From contig NW_020844837.1 of NCBI RefSeq assembly GCF_003704095.1, positions 434,001 through 498,000 on the forward strand: a stretch of DNA of 64,000 bases, written 5' to 3'. Made by a program: the position numbers and the translations under genes. The stretch comes from Pocillopora damicornis. Lineage: Eukaryota. Under the pieces are notes generated by a model. The model was given only the letters and a program-made list of their open reading frames with translations, had not been told where the DNA came from and ran no database searches. Shown one piece after another: positions 14,706 through 26,205 of this stretch; the first letter of the stretch is position 1, and each line of letters begins with the position of its first letter.

Positions 14706-17700
14706 GTCTTCCAGAACACATTCAAAAGAGTGCGCAACGCGCTAACACACCAAAGAATAATACAGAACACATGCAAAACAGTGCACAAGCAACTGACGTG
14801 ACGTGCACTCAAACAGTACACATGCAAGACAGTGCGCAAGAAGCTAAGGTGAAGAAAATCGAACAGAACATATTCAAAACAGTGCGCAAGAAACTAACGT
14901 AACGAGAAATCGTACAGAACACATTAAAAACAGTGCGCGAGGCACTAAAGTACCAAACAATCATACAGAACACATTCAAAACGGTGTGCAATACGCTAAT
15001 GTGACTACAAATCTTACAGAAACAAATTCAAAAACGTGCGCAAGGAACTAACATACCAAACAGTCAAACAGAACACATACAAAACACTGCACAAAACAAT
15101 GACGTGCAAAACAAATTAAAAACAGTGCGCGATATACTAAAGTACCAAACAATCATACAGAACACATTCAAAACGGTGCGCAAAGCACTAACGTAACTAC
15201 AAATATTAAAAAAACACCATAAAAACATGTGTACAAGGAACTACCGTACCAAACAATCATGCACAACACATTCAAAACGGTGCGCAAAACACTAACGTAA
15301 GTAAAAGTCTTCCAGAACAGAGTTAAAAGAGAGTGCAAAGCACTAACGTACCAAAAAATAAGACAAAACACATAAAAAACAGTGCGCAAAACAGTAAAGT
15401 AACCACAAATTGTAGAAAACACATTCAAAACAGTGCACGAGGCACTAAAGTACCAAACACTCAAACAGAACACATAGAAAACAGTGCAAAATTCACTAAC
15501 GTCACCCAAATTGTACAAAACACATTCAAAACAGTGCGCGAGGCCCTAAAGTACCAAACAATCATACGGAACTCATTCAAAACGGTGCGCAAAGCACTGA
15601 CGTAACTATAAATCTTAAAAAACACAATCAAAACAGTGCGCAAGGAATTACCGTACCAAAAACTCAAACACAACACATAAAAAACACTGCGCAAGGAGCT
15701 AACGTGACAACCTATTAAGCAGAACACATTCAAAACAGTGCATAAAACACTAGCGTAAAAAAATTGTACAGAACCCATTCAAAACGGTGCGTGAGGAAAT
15801 ACCGTACTAAACAATCATGCACAACACATTCAAAACGGTGCGCAAAACACTAACGTAAGAAAAACTCTTCAAAACACATTAATAGAGTGTGCAAGGCACT
15901 ACCGTACCAAAGAACAATACAGAACACACAAAACAGTGCAGAAGCAACTGACATGAAATACAATCAAAGAGAACCATGCAAAACAGTGTGAGAGGAGCTA
16001 ACGTGAAAAAAAACCAAACGCAACATATTCAAAACAGTGCGCAAGATACTACCCTAGCAAAAAATCCTTCAGCGCACTTTCAAAACAGTGCGCAGGGCAC
16101 TAACATACCAAATAATCATACAGAACACATTCAAGACAGTGCACAATACACTAACGTGACTACAAATCTTACAGAACACATTCAAAAAAGTGCGCAAGGA
16201 ACTAACCTACCAAATAATCAAACAGAACACACACAAAACAGTGCGCAAAACAGTAACATAACCACAAATCCTACAAAGCACATTCCAAACACTGCGCAAG
16301 GCAATAGGGTACCAAACAATCATACACAAGACATTCAAAATAGTGTGCAAAACACTAACGTAACTACAAATCTTAAAAAACACAATAAAAACATTGCGCA
16401 AGGAACTACCGTAGCAAACCATCATACAGAACACATTTAAAACGATGCGCAAAACACTAACGTGAGAAAAACTCTTCCAGAACAAATTTAAAAGAGTGCG
16501 CAAGGCGCTAACATACCAAAGAATGATAAAAAACACATACAAAACAATGTGCAAGCAAGTGACGTGACATACAATCAAACAGAACACATGAAAAACAGTG
16601 TGAGAGGAGCTAACGTGAAAAAAAAAACAAACACAACATATTCAAAACAGTGGGCAAAACACTACCCTAATAAAAAGTCGTACAGAACACTTTCAAAACA
16701 GTGCGCAAGGCACTACCGAACGAAACAGTTATACAGAACACACTCAAAGCAGTGCGCAATACACTAACGTGACTACAAATCTTACAGAATACATTCAAAA
16801 ACGTGCGCAAGGAGCTAACGTACCAAATAACTAAACAGAATACATACCAAACAGTGCGCAACAATATAACGTGACCACAAATCGTACAGAACACATTCAA
16901 AGCGGTGCGCGAGGCACTAGAGTACCAAACATTCATACAAAACACTAGCAAAACGGTGAGGAAATCACTAACGTAACTACAAATCTTAAAAAGCACAGCA
17001 AAAACAATGCGCAAGGAACTAACGTGACAAACCATGAAACAGAACACATTCAAAACAGTGCATAAAAAACTAACCTAAAAAAGATCATACAGAACTCATT
17101 CAAAACAGTGCGCAAGAAACTACCGTACCAAACAATCACACAAAACACATTCGAAACGGTGCGCAAAGTACTAACGTGAGTAAAAGTCTTCCAGAACACA
17201 TTCAAAAGAGTGCGCAAGGCACTAACGTACCAAAGAATTATAAAAAAACAAACAAAACAGTGCGCAAGCAAGTGACGTGACATACAATCAAATAAAACAC
17301 ATGCAAAACAGTGTGCAAGAAGCTAACGTGTAAAATAACCAAATACGACATATTCAAAACAGTGCGCAAGACACTACCCTAACAAAAAAAATCCTACAGA
17401 ACACTTTCAAAACAGTGCACGAGGAACTTACGTACCAATGCTTCATAGAAAACATATCTAAAACAGTGCACAATACACTAAAGTGACTACAAATCTTTCA
17501 GAACACATTAAAAANNNNNNNNNNNNNNNNNNNNNNNNNNNNNNNNNNNNNNNNNNNNNNNNNNNNNNNNNNNNNNNNNNNNNNNNNNNNNNNNNNNNNN
17601 NNNNNNNNNNNNNNNNNNNNNNNNNNNNNNNNNNNNNNNNNNNNNNNNNNNNNNNNNNNNNNNNNNNNNNNNGTGCGCAAGCAACTACCGTAGCAAACCA

Positions 17701-20700
17701 TCATACAGAACACATTTAAAACGATGTGTAAAACACTAACGTGAGAAAAACTCTTCCAGAACACATTTAAAAGAGTGCGCAGGGCACAAACGTACCAAAG
17801 AATAATACAGAACGCACACAAAACAGTGCGCAAGCAACTGACGTGACATACAATCAAACAGAACACATGCAAAGCAGTGTGAATTGAGCTAACGAAAAAA
17901 AAACCAAACACAACACATTCAAAACAGTGCGCAAAACACTACTCTAACCAAAAAAATTGTACAGAACACTTTAAAAACGGTGTGCAAGGCACTAACGTAC
18001 CAAACAGTTATATAGAACACATTCAAAACAGTGCGCAATACACTAACGTGACTACAAATCTTACAGAACACGTTCAAAAACGTGCGCAAGGAACTAACGT
18101 ATCAAATAATCAAACAGGACACATACCAAACAGTGCGCAACAATATAACGTGACCACAAATCGTACAGAACACATCAAAACAGTGCGCGAGGCACTAAAG
18201 TACCAAACAATCATTCAAAACACATTCAAAACGGTGCAGAAGGCACTAATGTAACTACAAATCTTAAAAACACAGCAAAAACAGTGCGCAAGGAACTAGC
18301 GTACCAAACACTCAACCACAACACATAAAAAACACTGCATAAGGAACTAACGTGACAAACGATCAAACAGAACACATTCAAGACAGTGCTTAAAACACTA
18401 ACCTAAAAAANNNNNNNNNNNNNNNNNNNNNNNNNNNNNNNNNNNNNNNNNNNNNNNNNNNNNNNNNNNNNNNNNNNNNNNNNNNNNNNNNNNNNNNNNN
18501 NNNNNNNNNNGTACAGAACACATTCCAAAGAGTGCGCGAGGCACTAGAGTACCAAATAATCATAGAGAACACATTCAAAACAGTGCGGAAAGCACTAACT
18601 TAAGTACAATTCTTAAAAAACACAACAAAAACAGTGCGCAAGAACCAAGGTACCAAACACTCAAACAGTACACATAAAAAACACTGCGCAGTGAACTAAC
18701 GTGACAAACCATCAAACAGAACACATTCAAAACAGTGCATAAAGCACTAGCGTAAAAAAAATCGTACTGAACCCATTCAAAACAGTGTGCAAGGAACTAC
18801 CATACCAAACCATCATACAGAATGCATTCAAAACGGTGCGCAAAACACTAACCTAGGTAAAACTCTTCCAGAACACATTTAGAAGAGTGCGCAAGGCACC
18901 AACGTACCAAGGAATAATACAGAACACACACAAAACAGTGTGCAAGCAACTGATGTGACATACAAGCAAACAGAACACATCCAAAACAGTGTGAGAGGAG
19001 CTAACGCGAAAAAAACCAAACACAACATATTCAAAACAGTGCGAAAAACACTACCGTAACTAAAAATCGTAAAGAACACTTTCAAAACAGTGCGCGAGGC
19101 ACTAACGTACAAAACAATTATGCGGAACAGATTCAAAACAGTGCGCAATACATTAACGGGACTACAAATCTTACAGAACACGTTCAAAAACGTGCACAAG
19201 GATCTATCGTACCAAATAATCACAAAAACAAAAACAAAAGAGGGGGGGAAAAAGTAATGTGACCACAAATCGTACAGAACACATTCAAAACAGTGCGCAA
19301 GGCACTTAAGTACCAAACAATCAAACAGAACACATACAAAACAGTGCGGAAAGCACTAACGTAACTAGAAATCTTAAAAAACACATTAAAAACAGTGCAC
19401 AATACACTAACGTGACTACAAATCTTACAGAACACATTCAAAAACGTGCGCAAGGAACTAACGTATCAAATAATCAAACAGGACACATACCAAACAGTGC
19501 GCAACAATATAACGTGACCACAAATCGTACAGAACACATTCAAAACAGTGCGCGAGGCACTAAAGTACCAAACAATCACACAGCACACATTGAAAACGGT
19601 GCGCAAATTACTAACGTAAGTAAGTCTTCCAGAACACATTCAAAAGAGGACGCAAGGCACTAACGTACCAAAGAATGATAAAAACACATACAAAACAGTG
19701 CGCAAGCAACTGGCGTGACATACAATCAAACAGAACACATTCAAAACAGTGTGCAAGAAGCTAACGTGAAAAATAACCGAACACAACTTATTCAAAACGG
19801 TGCGCAAAACACTACCCTAACAAAAGGTCGTACAGAACACTTCCAAAACAGTGCGCGAGGCACTAACGCACCAAAGAATAATACAGAACACATTCAAAAC
19901 GGTGCGCAATACACTAACGTGACTACAAATCTTACAGAACACATTCAAAAACGTGAGCAAGGAACTAACGTACCAAATAATAAGAAAGAAAACATACAAA
20001 ACAGTGTGTAAAACAGTAACCACGAATCGTACAAAATACATTCAAAACAGTGNNNNNNNNNNNNNNNNNNNNNNNNNNNNNNNNNNNNNNNNNNNNNNNN
20101 NNNNNNNNNNNNNNNNNNNNNNNNNNNNNNNNNNNNNNNNNNNNNNNNNNNNNNNNNNNNNNNNNNNNNNNNNNNNNNNNNNNNNNNNNNNNNNNNNNNN
20201 NNNNNNNNNNNNNNNNNNNNNNNNNNNNNNNNNNNNNNNNNNNNNNNNNNNNNNNNNNNNNNNNNNNNNNNNNNNNNNNNNNNNNNNNNNNNNNNNNNNN
20301 NNNNNNTGCGCAATACACTAACGTGACAACAAATCTTACAGAACACATTCAAAAACGTGCGCAACGAACTAACGTATCAAACAATCAAACAGAACACATA
20401 GAAAACAGTGCAACACATTCAAAACAGTGCGCAAGACACCAACGTAACAAAAAATCGTACACAACACATTCAGAACATTGCGCAAAGCACTAACCTACCA
20501 AACAATCAAACAGAACACTTTCAAAACGGTGCGCAAAACACTAACGTAGGTAAAAATCTTACCGTACACATTCAAAACAATGCGCGAGGCACTAACGTAC
20601 CAAACAATTATACAGAACACATACAAACAGTGCGCGAGGCACTGAAGTGACATACAATCCAACAGAACACATGAAAAACAGTGCGCGAGGAGCTAACGAG

Positions 20701-23363
20701 ACAAACAATCCGACACAACACATTCAAAACAGTGCAAAAAACACTAACGTAACAAAAAATCGTACACAACACATTCAAAACAGTGCTCGAAACACTAACG
20801 TACCGCACAATCATAGAGAACACTTTCAAAACGGTGCACAAGACACTAACGTAAGTAAAAATCTTACAAAACACACTGAAAACAGTGCAAAAGGCACTAA
20901 GGTACCAAAAAATAAAACAGAACACATACAAAACACTGCGCAAGGCACTAACTTCACAAACAGTCATCAATACAAATACAAAACACTGCGCGAGACCCTA
21001 ATGCAACAAACCGTCAAGTAAACCCATACTAAACAGTGTGCGAGAAATTAGAGTGACAAAAAGGCAACAGAACACAAGAAAATAGTAAGCAACAAACAGT
21101 CAACAGAACACGTGCAAAAGAGTGCCCGACGCATTAACGTGACAAACAATCCAACGGAACACGTTCAAAACAGTGCGCAAAACACTAACGTAACACAAAT
21201 CGTAGAAAACACACTCAAAACAGCGCGCGAGGCACTAACGTACCAAAAAATCAAACAGAACACATCCAAAATAGTGCACAAGGCACCAACGTCACAAACA
21301 GTCAACGAAACACATAAAAATCAGTGCGCGAGACACTTGCGCAAACTTTCAAGAAAACTCATACCAAACACTGCGCGAGACACTAGAGTGACAAAAAGGC
21401 AACAGAACACATAAAAAACACAGCACGAAACTCTAACGTAACAAACAGTCAACAGAACACATACAAAACACTGCCCTATACAATCCTACGCAACACGTTT
21501 AAAACAGTGCACGAAACACTGACGTAACAAAAAAACTTAGAGAACATATTAAAACAGTGGGCGAAGCACTAACGTACCAAGCAATCAAACAGAACACATT
21601 CAAAACGGTGCGCAAAAAACTAACGAAAGTAAAATTCTTACAGAGCACACTTAAAACAGTGCGCAAAGCACTAACGTGCCAAACAATTAAACAGAACACA
21701 TACAAAACACTGAGCAAGGCACTAACGTCACAAGCAGGCAACAGAACACATGCAAAACAGTAGGCAAGACCTTAACGTAACAAACTGCAAAGAAAACTCA
21801 TACCAAACGGTGCGGGAGAAATTAGAGCGACAAAAAGGGAACGGAACACATAAAAAACAGTGCGCGACACTCGAACGTAACAGTCGACAGAACACATTCA
21901 AAACGGTGCACAAAACACTAACTTAACAAAAAACCTTAAAGAACATTGTCAAAACAGTGCGCAAGGCACTAACAAACCAAACAATCGAACAAAACACATA
22001 CAAAACAGTGCACAGGGGACTAACGTGACAAATAGTCAAAAAAAACTCATACAAATCAGTGCGCGAGACACTTGCGTGACAAAAAGTCAACAGAACACAT
22101 AAAAACCAGTGTGCGATACCCGAACGTAACAAACCGTCAACAGAACACATACAAGACATTGTGTGAGGCACTAACGTGATGAACACTCCAACAGAAAACA
22201 TTCAAAACAGTGCGAAAAACACTAACGTGACAAAAAATCATAAAGAACACAGCCAAAACAGTGCGTCAGACACTAACGAACGAAACAATCAAACCGAACA
22301 CATACAAAACAGAGAGAGAGGCACTAACGTGACGAACTGTCAACAAAACACATAAGTGCCCGAGAAACTGACGTCACAAACTGTCAAGAAAACTCATACC
22401 AAACAGTGCACGAGACACTAACGTGAAAAAAGTCAACAGAACACATAAAAAACAGTGCCCGACACCCAAACACAAAAAAACCAGTCAAGAGAGTACATAC
22501 AAAACATTGTGCGAGGCACCAACGTGATAAACAATCAAACAAAACACATTCAAAACAGTGCGCAAAACACTAACGTCAGAATAAATCAAACAGAACACAT
22601 ACAAAACAATGGCACTAAAGTCACAAACAATCCAACAGAATACATTGGAGAGAGTGCGCAAAACACTAACGTAGCAAAAAATCTTACAGAACACATTCAA
22701 ACCAATGCACGAGGCACTAACATACTAAGCAATCAAACACAACACACACAAGACAGTGCGCAAGGCACTAACGTGACAAACAGTCAACAAAAAACATATA
22801 AAACAGTGTGCAAGACACTAACGTGACAAACTGTCAAGAAAACGCATACCAAACAGTGCGCAAGACACTAGCGTAGCAAAAAGTCAACAGAACACATCAA
22901 AAACAGTGTGCGACACCCGAAAGGTAACAAACCGTCAGCAAAACAGATATAAAACACCTCCTGAGGCACTAACGTGATAAAAGATTCGACAGAACACATT
23001 CAAAACAGTGTGCAAAACACTAACGCGAAAAAATCTTGCAGAAAACATTCAAAACAGTGCCGAGGCACTAACGTAACAAACAATCCAACAGAACACATAA
23101 CAAAATTGCGCACGCCACTAACGTGACAAACAGTCAACCAAAAAACATACAAAACAGTGCGCAAGGCACTAACGTAATAAAGAAAGTACACAGAACACAT
23201 ACAAAACAGTGCGCTAGACACTAACGTGACAAACAGTCACAGACAACGCATACCAAACAGTGTNNNNNNNNNNNNNNNNNNNNNNNNNNNNNNNNNNNNN
23301 NNNNNNNNNNNNNNNNNNNNNNNNNNNNNNNNNNNNNNNNNNNNNNNNNNNNNNNNNNNNNNN

Positions 23364-24947
23364 CTCTACAGTGGCCAGTTTACATCATCAACTCCTGTGA
23401 TAAAACCAAATCATCTTATAACACACCCACTGATACAGCGTCTTTACAACCTTATCCTCTATACTCGGAGTGGTTTGCATGTGATTGCTGCGACAACATC
23501 GATCTATTAGAGCTTTTAAGCCTTAAGCTTAGTCTCTGTTTTCAAAAGGCAATCAGAAGTTGTGAAATATTTTCATTTTGAATGATATTTGTCGAATGAT
23601 CGAATGATGGCTTTAAAAAAAAACATGTGGTGAACCGCACACATTGCTTCTAAGATGATTTTTTAATGTTTTTCTTTTTGACCGGTTTTATTCGATTTGT
23701 TTTCATTTACTTTTGTCTCTATGCTGTCGAACCTCTCGTTACGGACACCTCTCTAAAACAGACATTTTGCTCTGTCCCTTCGGTTCACGGTTTACCCTTG
23801 AAGAGAGGCTTGTAAGAGAGAATTTTGTAATTTTGTCTTTCACAGTTGCGATGTAAACTGAATAGCTGACTTCCTCTTTTCTTCCCACCAGGCTTCAAGA
23901 TCAGCACAGAATTCATCACCAGTCCTCATAGATCTTTGTTCTCCTGCAGCTCCTAAGGAGAGTTCTCCCCCTCCTGAAATGTATGCTGGGAGTATTATAC
24001 ACAACAGTTTCGTTTGTATTCATTTTGTTAATAGTCAACTGGAATATTTCAATAGTTTGTTTGGGCGTAATTGTGAAACTTAAACGGTTTTCGGGGATAA
24101 ACTTAACGGGACTACGTCGCTCTACGTGGAACTCGTTTCTTTTAAGAAGAAAGCTGACCTGTAACCGAGGGAAACTTTAAAGTACTTTAATAGTTCTATA
24201 TTTTAGATGATTACCATAGAGGTAAGAATAAATCCAAAAGGTGCAGGTATTGACTGCTTGGTGATTTTGGAATATCAGTCCGTCAGTGTTACAGCCGTAT
24301 TTTCAGAGGGTGCCATTTTGCCCCCCCGCTTGTTAGCTTTACAAAAAAAAGGGCCAAAATATGATTGGTTAAAAAATTATGACTTCACGGAAATCGTTTG
24401 GGATCGCAGGCGTTTTTTCGCAGGCTGGCAGAAGCGTTGATGGGAAGTACGTCTATCACGCTGGTTATTAAAATATATGAATTGTGTGATATATTACCTG
24501 ATGAATTAAGTTTCTTTCTGTTAGTATTAATGACTCACCTGCTGTGTTGAAGAAGAACAGACGGAAAAGTATGAGTCAGAGGATTGAACTTCCGGTGATC
24601 GATGATGATGATGATGATGAGGATGATGAAGAGCTAAAGGAACACGAGAGCTCACAAGATGACAACAACGACATAGATGAAGATCACGAGGAATTGGAAG
24701 GCTCTGTGCCGAGCCAGTGTCCCTCAGGGGAACATGTGTCTGATGCCATCAAGATACACAAGTGTGCATGTGTGATCAGCTCATCAGAGAGAGAGAAGTA
24801 CGACTTGTGTCTCGTCAATGGAAGGTTTGTGCTGTTTGACATGATTCTTTATCATTCTAAAAATTTGCCGGAGTTAGGTTATTTTAACTCGGGTAATATT
24901 CGTGCAACTCGGATTTAACTCGGGTAATGTTCGTGAAACTCGGATTT
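23364..24947. repeat. Right arm of inverted duplication (partner 543-2096)
   Basis: Reverse complement of 543-2096. Begins immediately after a 100-N gap and ends in a 31-bp tandem repeat. Confidence 0.95.
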
Positions 24948-25296
24948 AACTCTGATGATGTTTTTGCAACTCAATTTAACTCGGGTGACGTTCGTGCTTT
25001 TTGTTAGTAGCTTATTGGATTACGATGTGCTATAAGAACGAGAAATGACAGAAAATCACGATGCGAGGACTCAAAGGAGACTGGGCGCGCAATGATAATT
25101 GGGTAGCTCGCCTCAGTCCTCTTGGTATTTTTCTTTCATTTACAGACAACTGGAACTAGAAGGCAAGGTACAGGAGGCTGTTATGCACTATATGGACGCC
25201 TTAGAATTGATGGACAGTGATTATTCTGTACATGTCAAAGTTCTGGAGCTGGCTGAGCAAATGAATTTCCAACCTCCGTTGATTGAAACAGCATAG
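23892..25296 (+). CDS. ERCC6L: 3' end of ERCC6L/PICH-like gene (copy 2) with SIM-like motif, acidic tract and C-terminal TPR-like helix pair; 5' part absent
   Basis: Exons 23892-23980 (ASRSAQNSSPVLIDLCSP...), 24525-24824 (acidic), 25146-25296 splice in frame with canonical sites. End reads YDLCLVNGRQLELEGKVQEAVMHYMDALELMDSDYSVHVKVLELAEQMN, similar to recalled PICH C-terminus YETLVKRGKELKECGKIQEALNCLVKALDIKSADPEVMLLTLSLYKQLN. Possible extra small exons (24207-24221, 24424-24446) unresolved. Confidence 0.75.
24885..24997 (+). repeat. 31-bp intronic minisatellite (aactcgggtaatattcgtgcaactcggattt), ~3.5 units; ~2 inverted units at 543-605
   Basis: Directly visible tandem units at both outer ends of the inverted duplication. 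Confidence 0.85.
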
Positions 25297-26205
25297 CTTT
25301 TGATGAAGAATGCTCGATTACAGTTGGGTTAATATATCGCAACTGGTTAAAAGAGGCAATAAAGCTAAATTATTTAAAATTTAATTTTTTTTTGAAATTT
25401 TAAAATAAAAGGGAAGAAAAAAAGTGAGCAGACTATTAGAAATGTAAATCAGCTATTCTGAAAGATGAATTTGCATGTGCCGTTATGCTTCCATCTCGTG
25501 ATTCTTCGTGGTTCCGTAAATCTGTGCAACTATTCCCACTGAAAACAAGTAAAGGAAAGAAGGATTGTTTAGCTATACTGCCGACCATGTAAGTTTACGC
25601 GAGGAAATTCGTTGTATAGGTATTCGTATAAAATTTACAAATTGGTTGAAAACATTCCTTCAGATTTAAAGTAAGACAATGATATATCTTTACTCAAATG
25701 AAATTATTAAGAATTTTGGGTCAATTTTTTGTAATATTTCTTTTAACTTCTTTGCTGATTGTTTATGTGTAGTGTTTGTATTTAAGCGAAGGATAGTGTC
25801 TGACTTTAACCACTTACAACCGCTTTCGGACATTACCGTCCACTTCCGGACGGTAACGTCCAATTTCGGACAAAAGCGTCTACTTTCGGAGATTTTTTTT
25901 GTACCGACTTTCAAATTTTATCGAAAACCGTTCCATTTTCCAGAAAAGTTTTATCAATTTAGGGAACGCGGGTAAAATGTCTTCGCTTGGTAACGAAATA
26001 CTGATTTCCTTCAGGTTATATTTAAGCGTTTACACATCATCCAATGGGGGCGTTGGCTGGGACTAATCTTGTACCCAGATCCTGCGGCGGCGATTATGAC
26101 CCTCCAATCCAGACCATTACCAACACTTCTACTTCACGTATTGCTAAGCAACCCTTCGCCACATTTTCCTGTTCTTGACTCCTTCAGAAGCATTGTGCAC
26201 ATTCT

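Larger units (their letters stand above)
4411..23263 (+). repeat. Large 50-51 bp satellite array (blocks 4411-8736, 9327-10075, 10413-23263, with N gaps)
   Basis: Consensus approx. CAGAACACATTCAAAACAGTGCGCGAGGCACTAACGTGACAAACAATCAAA. Near-perfect 50-bp units at 9421-9520. 51-bp units give 17-aa periodic ORFs (TEHIQNSARGTNVTNNQ). Same A/C-rich polarity throughout. Confidence 0.98.

Noticed and set aside
4411-23263. CRISPR-like array
   Set aside because: No unique spacers (whole monomers are homologous), no cas genes, eukaryotic context
4309-23510. Dozens of ORFs with N/T/Q-rich or V/F/C-rich 17-aa repeats
   Set aside because: By-products of the 51-bp periodicity and strand skew; broken by frequent indels and stops, and several run through N gaps
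24207-24446. Conserved in-frame TGA (WQKR*WE) in both arms as selenocysteine or readthrough
   Set aside because: Frame is not shown to be coding, flanking exons splice in frame without it, and no SECIS was identified; conservation is explained by recent duplication
543-24947. Foldback or Maverick-type transposon with 1.5 kb TIRs
   Set aside because: The arms consist of host ERCC6L exons and introns, are diverged, and no transposase, integrase or TSD is visible
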